Below are positions 26,245 through 39,411 of a stretch of 64,000 nt of DNA, in pieces. Below the pieces are notes generated by a model. The model worked only from the letters and a program-made list of their open reading frames with translations, did no database searches and was not told where the DNA came from. Origin of the DNA: Octopus vulgaris (Eukaryota); assembly GCA_951406725.2 (NCBI GenBank), contig OX597839.1, positions 39,680,001-39,744,000 of the forward strand, read 5' to 3'. The translations under genes and the position numbers were made by a program. Positions within the stretch are counted from its first letter, which is position 1. Each line of letters opens with the position of its first letter.

Positions 26245-26455
26245 AGATGTGTTTACTCGTGTGTACCGTTGGCGATTTTTTTCCTCTGTCTTCCCTTCTC
26301 TGGACCTTTCCTTCTCCTATGTTTCCGACGAAGAGCTCCGCTCGAAACGTTAAACCCTCCTTCTTTCCTTCTTTCCTGAGCGTCCAATAATACTATATTT
26401 GTTCCACGTCCTCGCGTTGTTGTGTTTTTTTGAGCTTTCTTGTTTGGATTAACTA
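26245..26455 (+). mobile_element. Hammerhead-like (TA)n-flanked element, copy 3
   Basis: Motif at 26321-26355; followed by (TA)n. Confidence 0.7.
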
Positions 26456-26519
26456 TATATATATATATTTGTCTATATACTCACGTATATCTACATATAT
26501 GTTATCCTTAAATCCTTAA

Positions 26520-26747
26520 AAATGTTTCAGCCCGAAAGCTGCGGTCATGCTGGGGCACCACCGTTGATTGTGCTAAATTGGTATGTGAAACCCTCTCTGA
26601 TACGTGGCACTTGGTCAACAAGGGACTTCGACGCTGCTGCCCGCATCTGTGTTTCCTACCGAGACGTAGGTTCATCTGGAACCCCTGACAAGAAGAGATC
26701 GAGTTTAGTTTAAAAGAAACCCACATCCACACCATGCAGGCCTCTCA
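26520..26747 (-). mobile_element. CR1/L2-group LINE 3' end
   Basis: RGLHGVDVGFF*TKLDLFLSGVPDEPTSR... and tail GGTGGTGCCCCAGCATGACCGC. Confidence 0.75.
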
Positions 26748-26781
26748 CTGTATATGTATTTGTGTCTATGTATGTTTTGTT

Positions 26782-26821
<40 letters not shown>

Positions 26822-26968
26822 GACTCATGCATGCACATATACATATGCAAAAATGAGTGTATCTCTAACCGTACACAAACATATACATATATACATATAT
26901 ACATACAGAAATGCATATATATTTATAGATACATAATTGTATAATCATATATGCAAATTATATATACG

Positions 26969-27009
<41 letters not shown>

Positions 27010-27011
<2 letters not shown>

Positions 27012-27150
27012 GGTATGTAGAAAAATACAACATGGACAAGAACGTATAACTCTTAGAAGACGATACAATAAACACGGACAGGACATTCGAAACCCTCAGT
27101 CTTCAGTCAAGAACCGGATCATCGTAGTAATTTCGGCTGATTAATCTTGA
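27010..27150. mobile_element. (TA)n-embedded short element (related copy at 33268-33410)
   Basis: Shared GGACAAGAACG...GGACATTCGAA...TCTTCAGTCAAGAACCGGAT; both copies are flanked by (TA)n. Confidence 0.6.
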
Positions 27151-27295
27151 TATATATATACACAATTATGTACATATATATATATTCTTTTCGGTATACT
27201 TCATATACACTGTGTACATACATATGTATGTATGTGTGTGTATGCGCGCACACACACACAAACACATATATATAATTAATTATTCCTCTGTACGT

Positions 27296-27331
<36 letters not shown>

Positions 27332-27475
27332 TCATATACACACACATACACATATATATATATCTATATATAAACATTCATACACACACACACATATATA
27401 TATATATCTATATATAAACATTCATACACACACACACACACATATATATCTATATATAAACATTCATACACACAC

Positions 27476-27522
<47 letters not shown>

Positions 27523-27889
27523 CCGGCGTAAGTGTATTGTTTGAGTGCATTTATGCTTGAGCACGTTTCGGTGTATGTAATTTTATCTCAGCAAGATTCA
27601 GAATGCAGCCGGTAATGGGGAAGGGCGTTGAGGTTTTTAGGGTTAAATGGTGTGTATGAGTGTGTTTGTGGCATCTGCATAATACTTGATGTTATAGTAA
27701 TAATCATAAGGAACAATAAACGTATATTTATAATTACGTATGTTGATTATATATATATATATACGTAACTATCTATCTGTAGTTCGCTCTCTTTATAGAT
27801 TATTCTTTATAGATTAGTACGAATAAATGAAGAATCATTGATGTGCGTGCTTGAGTGTGCGTACATACATACATCTTTTTCATTTATGA

Positions 27890-28202
27890 GCCCTTTTCAA
27901 GTCTAGCCAGGCTCTTGGGCCCGGTTTCCCGGTTTCTGTAGCTTATGTGTTCCCTGCCGACCGGACAGCTGGACGGGACGACAGTCCACCGAAAGCGTTA
28001 CTCAAGAAACAGGAAGAAAAAGTGAGAGAAAGTCGGGGCGAAAGAGTACAACAGGGGGTCGCCACCACTCCCATCCGGAGCCTCGTCGAGCTTTTAGGTG
28101 GTTTCGCTCAATAAACACACACAACGCCCGGTCTGGGAAACGAAACCGCGATCTTCCGACCGCGAGTCCGCTGCCTTAACCATTGGGCCATTGAGCCTCC
28201 AC
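27890..28202 (-). mobile_element. SINE with family-A head and a different 3' part
   Basis: 28000-28202 matches the family A 5' half; the remainder differs. Confidence 0.7.
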
Positions 28203-29159
28203 ACATACGTACATTTACATATACGTAAGTATATAGACAAATATACATACATGCTTAAATGAACATCTATGTATATATTCAAAAATATTCTTTATATATG
28301 TATATTCATATATGTATACATATGTTTATATATTTTTATACACATGCAATACTTATATACGTAATATGTATATATATACATGCATATATGTGTATGTTTG
28401 TACCTACTAGTCTATCTATATATACATAATGATATAAGTATTTATAGAAATGTGCAACGCTCTTCATTTTAATAGAAATCAAATGAGATTTGAGTATGTC
28501 CTGAATATGACTAACTTGCATCTAGTGGTGGGACTCTGGTTCGAGAGTTCCAAGGTTTTGTGGAGCGTAGTACCACCTCTTAACCACAATTGCTCCCAGG
28601 TCAACCCTAACTCGTTGCACCTGACAAGCCCCAGCTACGGGTTAATATGGTACGGAATTGTTTCTGACAGAAGGTCACTTACAAACGTCCAAATGAACCC
28701 AGAGCAGATGAGGCTATTCAGCTCTTTAGTTGCTCGTCTAAGATAACGTGACACCATAGATTTTCCCGCATTCTGAGGGCAACTGGAAATGTGGTACGCG
28801 TTGCACTCGACCAATACAATTTGGAAGGATGTGAGACAATATGATCGACCCTGCATTCAACATGCCCTTTATAATAATATTCTTTGTGCAGGTTGTTCTG
28901 CAAACCAAGACCCCAGCACCAACACGCTTTCTTCGTAATTCCATTGGCACTTCAGCTTTGGCCCTACATTCTGGTGGTCATCGGGTGATGGCCGTTTTCC
29001 TCAGATCCTAAAGGGTAAGTAAGAGCTCTTTTAGGTGCAGCACTGCACTCCCCAATCCGGGGAAGGGATTTTCAAGAGGAAATGTAAATAAAGCCTGCCC
29101 CTCTCTGAACTTGCCAGGCTACCATTCCTGGATGGTCAGCCAATGATTTAGTCGAAGAA

Positions 29160-29385
29160 AGAAGGCGTATGATGTAGCGGTTAAGAGCGCGGGCTTCTAA
29201 CCCCAAGGTTCCGAGTTCGATTCCAGGCAGTGACCTGAATAATGGTAACAACAGAAAAATACCTTAGGAATGGGAACCCAGGTTCGAAATTCCCCCAGGA
29301 CACCTAAAGATAGTACATCAGCCGAAACGTTGTGTTAACTACAAACAAGATGAGGACAAATATCCGCCAAATGTAAATAATGTAA
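29160..29385 (+). mobile_element. tRNA-derived SINE (family E) with degenerate hammerhead-like 3' module
   Basis: Head GGCGTATGATGTAGCGGTTAAGAGCG...GAGTTCGATTCC; ACAC-CTAAAGA...GAAAC-GTT-GTGT at 29300-29335. Confidence 0.55.
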
Positions 29386-29455
29386 AAATATTTATGCCTG
29401 AAAATATCATACATGCATGGAGTTACGATTTTATGCACCCAACAAAGTATTGGAT

Positions 29456-29825
29456 GGAAGCACTCCGTCGGTTACGACGACGAGGGTTCCAGTTGATCCG
29501 AATCAACGGAACAGCCTGCTCGTGAAATTAACGTGTAAGTGGCTGAGCACTCCACAGACACGTGTACCCTTAACGTAGTTCTCGGGGATATTCAGCGTGA
29601 CACAGAGAGTGACCTTTGAAATACAGGTACAACAGAAACAGGAAATAAGAGTGAGAGAAAGTTGTGGTGAAAAAGTACAGCAGGGATCACCACCATCCCC
29701 TGCCGGTGCCTCGTGAAGCTTTAGGTGTTTTCGCTCAATAAATACAACGCCCGGTTTGGGAATCGAAACCGCGATCCTATGACCGCGAGTCCGCTGCCCT
29801 AACCACTGGGCCATTGCGCCTCCAC
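29456..29825 (-). mobile_element. SINE family A
   Basis: Full length; ~15-bp TSD ACCCAACAAAGTATT. Confidence 0.9.
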
Positions 29826-31009
29826 CCAACAAAGTATTATTAAGCTGAAACTGTTGCTGATGTAAAAAGAAATGAAATGGTGAAACTATTTTTTCGTTTT
29901 CTGAAAAAGCAACGTTTTGGACTTACAACACTTTTGCATAATAACAACAATATACAAACACAAATTGTATTTAGAGAATGGCATGATGTATACTTAACTA
30001 TGTGTCTATTAAGTGTGTGCGCATGCGCAGATGTGTATTTTCGATATTTTTCTAGTCATTCGTTGCCACGATCTCTTAACCTTATTCAATATCTTTTTCG
30101 ATATATAATAACTTTTCGGCACAGGCAATAGACGTGTGGTTAAGAGCATCGGTTTACAACCTCGTGGGTTCGGGTTCAGTCCCACTACATGTCGTGTGTG
30201 TGTGTGTGTGTGTGTGTGTTCTACAGCTTGGCAGTAGGTGTTGGTTTGTTTACGTGAAAAAGACCGACGGGATAAGAATCCGACGATAAAAAAAAAACGT
30301 ATGTGTCAATTTGTTCGACTACACCCGTCAAGACGTTGCTCCAGCATGGCCACTATCCAATGACTGACACCAGTAAAAGACGCCGTGCGTTTTCGTCCTG
30401 TAGGACACTGAAAACCTATACATCTCCCTAATCCCAAGCTTTTGCAGTATCTGACCCCCAACTTTGGATGGGCTGCAATAGATGGGGGAGTATTTAACAA
30501 GATCCATTTACTGTTTTACTTGGGATTGATTAGCTGCGAATGGCAAAATTTGGCGCCTGTTCTTTCAGTATTTTTCGTATAGAATAAATCAGAGCGAATC
30601 GTTTCCTTCATCTCCAGTTCTCCCCAGGGACTCGAGTCTTACGCTTTCAACAACTCTCACTCTTTCATCTGCTGCCCGTTGCATAGGATTTAAATCTTCA
30701 ATGAAGAAAATGTTAAATCGATTGAGTTCCGTTCCGCAGTCAGTTTGACGTTATGTGGCGATCACAGCAGGCATCGATAAACGAAACGATTGAGGAGAAA
30801 GTATCTTTCGTTAAGAACCAACATGACTTCTTGTTCACTCGCGCTAAATGTTCTCAGAATTCATCCCGAATTCGTTGGTATCTGGTTGTCATCTTTCTAA
30901 TATGCGCATGAAATGATGCTTCATTGCGCATTATGATCCCCAGGCCAGGAGGTATTGATTATATGATAGGACCTTATCAACACAATGTGAACGTGCTTCC
31001 GGTCATATG

Positions 31010-31470
31010 ACTTGCATTAAATAGCACATAATAAATGTAGCGTATTGCACATTAGCAGCGTGCTACGAATTACACATCCGCGTAAAAGAACGTAACACAG
31101 CCACAGTTTAACCTTTAACAGCAAAATTAAATTTCATGCTCGTTTCACTAATGATGTTAAATATCTTATGAAAGAGGAAAATTAGAATTTTCTGATTTTC
31201 TTCAAGTCACGTTGTCTCGTTTAGACTTGATTTGACATTCTTCAACAAAAGAGGATGGTGAACGAGTTTGATTTCCGCAGTTAACGTCAATGAAATTTTG
31301 ACTGGTTATAATCTGATTTCTGCAGTAAGAGAGTTAAAAATAGTCAGAGAAGAACTTCAATCAGAAATTCTTGTGTACTAAGATAGCATGTTGTAAATGT
31401 GGCAAATTGCATATAGGCAACGCCTTCTACAAACTACACATCCGTGTGAAAGAATTTAACATTAGGCATA
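31010..31470 (+). mobile_element. Degenerate Penelope-like GIY-YIG endonuclease remnants (two copies)
   Basis: 31380-31460 translates KIACCKCGKLHIGNAFYKLHIRVKEFN, resembling the Y.I.C.CG..YIG.T...L..R..EH pattern; a diverged duplicate lies at 31010-31098. Confidence 0.45.
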
Positions 31471-31597
31471 GGAATGCTATGCATAATGTTAAATGCTGTA
31501 CCTAAGATAGCTGGAGAATTCCTACAATCAGGAATTCGTGATCCTATCAAAGACTTGAAGACTTCAAAAACCGGAGAACGAAATGTCCGAAAATATT

Positions 31598-31686
31598 AAA
31601 AGTTCATTCGAATTTTAAAAAAAGTTCATTCGAATTTAAAAAAAAAATTTCATTCGAATTTTAAAAAAATGTTCATTCGAATTTAA
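31598..31686. repeat. Four ~22-bp tandem units AAAAGTTCATTCGAATTTTA
   Basis: Direct inspection. Confidence 0.85.
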
Positions 31687-32169
31687 AGCAGTATCGGATT
31701 CATTACGCACGTGAACACTGCTGTCATTATCTACAGAGTCCATAGAATCACTAATGGTACTTCGGGGTAGATATGAAAAATGAGCTCTTCGGCCAGACAC
31801 ACACACACACATGTCGAGCCTGACCTGCGATCCCTCTCTCCGACTCGCAGGCCACCGGTTTATCGGTGCCCGCCTGCCGTATGTTTCTCGACTTAATGTT
31901 AGAGATCATGTATGATTAACGGCATTTTCCAAGTGAGAAAACGATTACAGGAGGGAACAAGGCGACCTCCAGAATACTCACCTAGAGACCCACCAATCAA
32001 GCAAACTGCACCACGGCCGGCAAGATGTGTTTGGTGAAACGCCAACCGGGACCAATAGCATCCACCAGTTCCTGAAAAAAGGAACCGCCCGTACAGCCAC
32101 AAGAACCACCCTCCAAAAGCCTAGAACATAACTGTACAAACCCTGCCAAACAAACGCAAGGTACCACCC

Positions 32170-32308
32170 TTATGTTGCCCAAATTTTATGCGACATATTC
32201 CCCTCTGAGATTCACACGCTTACTGCAGCGGTAAAACAAATCGGAATGTTGGGCCAACAACGAGGCCTTTCGCGATACTCTTAAAGCCAGGAACTTTTCA
32301 GCACCCCT

Positions 32309-32313
<5 letters not shown>
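32170..32313 (-). mobile_element. Mariner-like terminal fragment
   Basis: Minus strand begins TA-CGAAGGGGTGCTGAAAAGTTCCTGGC, in the style of a mariner TIR. Confidence 0.55.
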
Positions 32314-32343
<30 letters not shown>

Positions 32344-32455
32344 TATTCATGTGCTTGAATTTATCTAAGAGGTGAGAATATGAAATTTTTGTTTATTACA
32401 AAAATCAGAGCTATATTAGAAAAAAAAAAGCCGGTTACTTATGGGAAATATAAAG

Positions 32456-32514
<59 letters not shown>

Positions 32515-32705
32515 TATGAAAAGAAAGGGAGATGGAAAGAGAGAGAATATAATATGATTACGTGGCTGCTGATGGAGTGTCTTAATATGGGGGGCATTAT
32601 TAGATATAAATCTTGCCGAATAAATCACAGTATTCTGTAGACGGGAATCTCTCCATAAAGCATCTTCAGTGAAAATAACTGTTGACAAGGAAGGGAGGTA
32701 TGTAC

Positions 32706-32754
<49 letters not shown>

Positions 32755-32874
32755 TTTTTTATCTCGAGTTTGGAAAATGGTGAGAGGAAATGGTTTAGGT
32801 TAACTAGAAACGGGTTATCATTTCTCCACCTCTCAGACGTCCTAGAAATATGTTTATGAATGGTTCAAGGTGAT

Positions 32875-32935
<61 letters not shown>

Positions 32936-33191
32936 ATACAGATCTAGATTATATATTTACACACTTATGTCTATACTCATACGACATGGTACAAACCCAT
33001 ACGAGTATATATATATATATATATCTTATGTGAGTATATATGATACAAACACATGCATGTCTATACGTCTCCTATCCATCAAGGATGACGCCATAATGCA
33101 GAATGTTTTCAATGCCAGTGTGTGTGGGTGGGTGTGTGCATGCAATTTTCAAACGCATGCTCCATCATTGATCTATCATGAGGAAAATGAT

Positions 33192-33269
<78 letters not shown>

Positions 33270-33879
33270 AGGAAGGTTTGTACGGACGCCGCAAAAATAT
33301 ATGTATAATAAATATATAAAATGGGACAAGAACGCAAAACATTCAAATAGACGATACGAAAACGGACGGGACATTCGAAGCCTGTAATCTTCAGTCAAGA
33401 ACCGGATTATATATATATATATATATATGCACACATACATACATGTGTTTACATATATACATACGCAAATATGTAAAGAAAGATGTAGACTTTTGTATAT
33501 ACAGTATTTATGTATATGCGCACTTATCTTTACACATAGCCGCGCTCACAACCGATAATACTTGGTGACGATCTGGCCGAACTCTTAGAGCGTCGGAAAA
33601 AATACATTGCGACATTACCTCGCCTTTTGCTTCTAATTGAAATCTCCTGTAGTTTATTATCTCGAGTTCTGGAATCGACGAATAAATCCAGTTCTTTAGA
33701 GGAGATCGATACTTTTTGTCCATCGCAGTCTATTTGTCACTTCACCAGTCTGCTTCTGTCTGTTCTGCAAGGAATCTAAATCAAATGACTGGCTCCGGTG
33801 TCTTTAAATGCCTTAGGCACGTTAATTAATGCTCCCGCAGCCCTTTCAGAAGTCGAGAATCCACGGCAAGGCACGTCTA

Positions 33880-34100
33880 TAGGTTTATGGGGTTTGCCAA
33901 GACTCAACTTCCCTCTGTGCTGTACTGCATGCATACAATCGACCAGGATCTTGTCCCGAGTTCAATCACTGATGCCGTACTTCACAAACGTCTTGCTCTC
34001 TTCCTATCTTCTTTTACACTTCCTGTCAGGGTGGACATGGGCTATGATCCGTGGCGCATTGCATGTCCAAAGTAAGATTGCTTTATGACTCGATTCACGA
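33880..34100 (-). mobile_element. RTE-clade LINE C-terminal remnant
   Basis: KQSYFGHAMRHGS*PMSTLTGSVKEDRKRAR resembles the RTE YFGHI.R....L.G.V.G.R.RGR motif. Confidence 0.55.
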
Positions 34101-34516
34101 CAATACACAGCCATACACATAGGTGTCTGCCCATCCATCTATCTATCCTTCCTTCCTCATACCTATGTCATATTGGGTTGGTAATCACAAACAGGAAAAA
34201 CAGACCTTAAAATTTAAGTATATTTTATAGGCAGAAGTTCAAAATGCCGAAGAAGTCCAATAAGCATAGACAGGAGGTTGGTCAACCCCGGTGACGCATT
34301 TATAGAGGTGGGGAGGAGGCGGCACATTTGGGTCTAATCAAAGCCATCAGTGACCAGGCGATGCCTGAAATAAGGACCATTTGTAATTCTTTCTACTAAA
34401 GACACAAGATATGAAATTTTTGGCGGAGGAACTGAATCGATTACATCAACCCCAGTGCGTAACTGGTACTTATATTTCATCGACCCCGAAAGGATGAAAG
34501 GCAAAATCGACCACTG

Positions 34517-34732
34517 CGGAAAGAACCATTTATTATAATGGCGTTCCATAGATACCCGCCAAGGATTGTAGCAGTCACAGAAGCTGAAGGTGGATTCATA
34601 GAATAATTTAATGAAAAAGCTTATCGAGGACATGAGCGCAAATAATTTTACTAAAATTACATTTGCTTAATTAGAATTGCTTCATTAAAAAAAAATCACC
34701 AAATATGTCCTCAAATATCTCTCGCATCCTGC
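34517..34732 (+). mobile_element. Tc1/mariner 3' remnant
   Basis: ...AVTEAEGGFIE* and a terminal region homologous to 24470-24684. Confidence 0.65.
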
Positions 34733-35711
34733 ACAAGGCCTGAAAATCGGACACGGGGATTAATCGCTATTACCATAGGAGGTAATTATTTTATGACTAC
34801 CATGTACAGTTGGGTCTTCCAGGAAAGGAGCACATTTTCAGAGTTGCCTTATTTAATCGGGCCATAAACATTTTAGCAAGTATTACAACAAGCATTGCTC
34901 AACTAAAGGCGGTGCTCCAGCATGGCCGCAGTCAAATGATTGAAACAAGTAAAAGAGTAGAGTATACATATCTACAGAGAATATATACACACCCGGATAC
35001 AGAATATACTCATTACTTTTATAAATAATTTTACTATCTTGAACATAAAGACAGTAAATCTTACAAACATACACAGATGCTTAAATACATACATACATAA
35101 GATTTTATACGTGTGTATAGACAAACATAAGCCTTGTATATTAGAAATATTCATATACTTAAATGCATCGACACAGGTACACATATGGACAGAATTATAC
35201 ATGTACGTAAGCATAGATATATATGCAGGCATAAAAATATGCTTCCACATATACATTTATCGCATACACAAGCGTGTATGTTCGTGATATAACACAGGAT
35301 TAGAGAGATAACGAAAAATACAAGATATGACGTCGATAAATATCAGGAGCTAATAATAATATTAATAATAATGATAATAATTTCGATATAGAAAAAGCGG
35401 AAGAGCAGCAGCAACATTGATTAAGATTGCATAGATTTATAGATATTGCTGCGAAGAAGGCCTATGATGTTATCGTCAAAAAGTAAAGCTGTAAAATAAA
35501 AAAAAAAAGAATGTCTCATTAGAAAATTTGAAACAAAATTCAAGAGAAATAAACATGGCTGCCATTAGTTGAGTAAACAGTAAATAGAGAAAAAAAATTG
35601 TTTTTTTAAAATGTTATCAAGAAACGAAGAGTGGTGTCAATGACCTGCTTTTTATTTGGGAAGATTCTAATCTTAGTTTTGATGCTGGGGGAACTAGGAA
35701 GTTACCTAATA

Positions 35712-36108
35712 CTAGCAGTATCGCCCGGCGTTGCTCGGGTTTGTAAGGGAAATAACTATATAAGCATTTTTAGCGATGTAAAGTATAATAGCCATCTCAA
35801 TATGGTTAACCACAAAGAGGTGGGGGGTGTTACTGTAGCTTTTTACGTTCTGAGATTTAATAATAAATTTTTAGAGAGTTACTTCCCTTATATATGCCAA
35901 AAATGCATTAAAAATGGGAAAAATTGATGGTAAATTTTTTTTTAAATCGTAGACTCATCGTAGACGCGCGCTAATACCCAGAAGGGCTCGTTATGAATCA
36001 TGACTATAAGATACCCGGTTTTGGTAAAAATGCACCGCAAAATGTGGGAGTAGTTAGGAATCTAAATCGTAGGAGACAGACACACAACTTCACTTTTATA
36101 TATAAAGA
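35712..36108 (-). mobile_element. Non-autonomous Helitron, copy 2
   Basis: 5' TC, subterminal hairpin CCCGAGCAACGCCGGG, 3' CTAG, inserted at A|T. Confidence 0.9.
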
Positions 36109-37630
36109 TTAGGGAAGACCCAAATGCCAAGTTGTGTTATTAAAATGAACGAGGTTTTACACTTTACTGGTATTTTTCTTCTTTATAGAAATGAAGATGG
36201 TTTTATGAAAATAAGGAGGGTTTCAAGATGGGATAAGTCGATTACATTCACCCCAGGGTTTCACTGGTACTTAATTTATCGACCCCGAAATGATGATCGG
36301 CCAAGTTTCCGCGCACCAGTGGGACTGAACCGGAAACCACAGGATTGCAAAGTAAGCTTCTTTACCACACAACCATGCCTGCGACTTATTCTTATCGACC
36401 CTCGATATATGATAGTGAAGTTGTCCTTGCCGCTATTCGAGCTCAGAATGTAAACATTCAAAAATATACCACAAAATGTTTTGTTTTTGCTTGTTCCGAC
36501 GCTCGAGTCATTTCACCAAGCAATAATACTGATTTCCAAATATCAGCACAACGCCAGCAATTTCAGTGGGAGGGGGGGGCAGATAGTCGAATACATCGAC
36601 TCCAATGAATTACTGGTACTTATTTTATCGTCCCCGAAAGTATGAAAGGCTAAATCGACTTCGGCAGAATTTGAACTCAGAACTTGAATTCTGCCAGCTG
36701 GTTACCTTAATGATTCCGTTTAATTCAGGAGCAAGCATGAATGCGAGGTTAAGAAGTTCGTTTTGCAACAACATGGTTTTAGGTTCATCCTCCCCACCCC
36801 ACGTGACATCTTGGGCAATTGTCTTCTCAGAATGATTTGGGTCCACCGTCTTGTGAGTGAATATAACAGGCGGAAAGACTGCGATGGCGTGTTCACACAC
36901 AGGCGCATGTCCTGTCCCCGCCATAGTTTGTTTACACCCCCTGGTGAAAAAAAAAAAAAAAAAAAAAAAATTTTGGGTTCGGTTTCTTCGACTAAAGTCT
37001 TTCAAGGCGGTGCTCCAGCATGACCGCAGTCCAATGATTGAAACAGAAAAAAAGATGAAAAGTTAGCTATTTGAGGGGAGGGGACAATCGGTTCAAGACA
37101 GTCCCGCGAGGGTGGAAGGCAAAGTTGACTGCCACAGAACTTCGAATCAGAACGTAAAGAGACCGAAGAAGTGCTGCTAACCATTTTGTACGACGCACAA
37201 GCAATTGTGCCGCTCACCGCCATAGTTTGAAAGAGGAACGAAGCGTGGTCAAATATTTTAAATTAAGAAATAAAAACTTAAAAGGAAAAACAGTTCGTTC
37301 CCAGATTAACCTATCGAGTTTACGGTCCTGAAGTCGCATGTTCAATCTGGTTTACGGCCACAAAGTTACTTATTAGAATCTATTTTGCGGTCCTGAAGTT
37401 GAATGTTCGAATCTGGTTTGGAGCCCTTATAACAGTTTACTGAAATAATTAATATCTGGAATAGTCAGTAACAAAAGAGAATGGCACATCATGCGATCAT
37501 TTAAATTTTGCCTTCCACGGTAGACATATTCGTCTCTGTTCTTTAACAACAAGGATTAAAACCTCAATTTAAAAAGATGCAACGTAAAATTATTTTAATA
37601 TATTAATTCATCCAAAACAGGTTTGCGTGA

Positions 37631-37685
<55 letters not shown>

Positions 37686-37687
<2 letters not shown>

Positions 37688-37885
37688 TAAAACGGTAAGG
37701 TGACAAAAGAAAGAAAGAGACCTCAATATTATGTAAAAAGAGGAGATTTATCTATAAAATAATATGTTACATTACTCGATAGTCAAGATAAAACTCTGAG
37801 TTGTGGGCGTTGTGGATTCCCACTTCGGCATCTGAAACTCAGAGTTTTATCTTGACTATCGAGTAATGTAACATATTATTTTATA
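37686..37885. mobile_element. (TA)n-embedded fold-back element
   Basis: Perfect 50-bp inverted arms 37753-37802 / 37836-37885 with a 33-bp spacer. Confidence 0.75.
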
Positions 37886-37897
37886 TTTATATATATA

Positions 37898-38062
37898 AAG
37901 TTCAGCAAAATTTAGATTCAAATGAATATGGTACTTAAGCTAGATGCACCAGAATTGTGTATGGTGTTATCCATATAAATCCATGGGGTGATTATAATCA
38001 AAATAAGCAACAAGATTATCTTCGGTAATTTAGAAGATATTCTTGTTACTTATTTTGATTTT
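37898..38062. mobile_element. (TA)n-embedded fold-back element
   Basis: 28-bp inverted arms 37996-38023 / 38033-38060 with 2 mismatches. Confidence 0.6.
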
Positions 38063-38785
38063 ATATATATATATATATATTTGGATATTATATGTAATTG
38101 ATGAATGCCCTATACGTCATGAAATATATAAAAATCTGAATAAGAACGAGGTTTGTAATATTCTTCCGTTAACGTCCGTCATCACGTTTTCATTCGCAAA
38201 TTGTTTAATGTGAGACGCCATTAATTCGTAGCGCTGTCATCCATTTGTTTGGTCGAAGACGTGGAAGGTCGCGCTGATTTTGGAGAACTTTGTTCAAGCG
38301 TTTGGCATTTTGATAAACATGCTTCATCCCCCTGTCTGGTCGTACCTGTGCACCTATCCGTTGCTGCCGACCACCACAGATAGTATTCAGATTCCATCTT
38401 GGAATAGGATTTATGAATTTTACTGAACACGTTACTCATTATTAAAAATTTGTGTAGATGGCTGTTATAACGGAAATAAAGGGTCCAATGACTTCCACGT
38501 CTTAGAAATGTGGTTCACTTTGATCTCGTTCAGGAGTTTGCAACAAAATTAAAATTGATTTTTTTTTTAGCAGCTTTATACTAGAAATTGTCTGTTTGTA
38601 GAATTGTTGGTAGGCGAGTCGGTGATAGAAAAATGTTGGACGAGTCCATTGCTTATGTATAGGAGAAATAAGAGTAAAGGGCACAGAAAAAAAAGGAGGT
38701 CGCGGTGACTTCGAGTATTTCTTTAGACGAGTGAGGAACAGATGTTCAGAAAATTACACACGCACACACACGACTTTTATTATAT

Positions 38786-39123
38786 ATTTCTTTATTGCCC
38801 TCAGGAGGCTAAACACAGAGGGGACAGAGAAAGGGATTCAGTTGATTACATCGATCGTAGTGCGTAACTGGTACTTAATTTATCGACTCCGAAGGGATGA
38901 AAGGCAAAGTCGACCTCGGCGGAATTTGAACTCAGAGCGTAGCGGCAGATGAAATACCTATTTCTTTACTACCCACAAGGGGCTAAACTCAGAGGAGACA
39001 AGCAAGGACAGACAAACGGATTCAGTTGATTACATCGATCCCAGTGCCTAACTTGTACTTAACTTATCGACCCCGAAAGGATGAAAGGTAAAGTCGACCT
39101 CGGCGGAATTTGAACTCAGAACA
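38786..39123 (-). mobile_element. SINE family C tandem dimer
   Basis: Two units joined at AAGAAATA|GGTATTTC. Confidence 0.85.
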
Positions 39124-39411
39124 TAACTTTTATAATTGCGGAGGCGACGATCTGGCAGTATCATTAACACGTCGAATAACATGCTTAACGGCTTTTACTT
39201 TGGTGCTTTACGTTCTGAGTTCAAATCCCACCGATGTCCACTGTGCCTTTCGCGACCTTCCACGTCTTCGACCAAACAAATGGGAGACAAAGCTACGAAT
39301 CAATGGATTAATAAAACAAATTAACAGTTGAACACTGGGGTCACAATGCAATCGACTGCCGTCTCCCACTAAAATATCGGGCCTTGTGCCTATAACGATT
39401 ATTATTAGTAA

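Noticed and set aside
28570-29150. GC-richer unique block with short ORFs (HISSCP motif)
   Set aside because: Possibly a LINE remnant, but the motif match is too weak to assign and there is no clear exon structure
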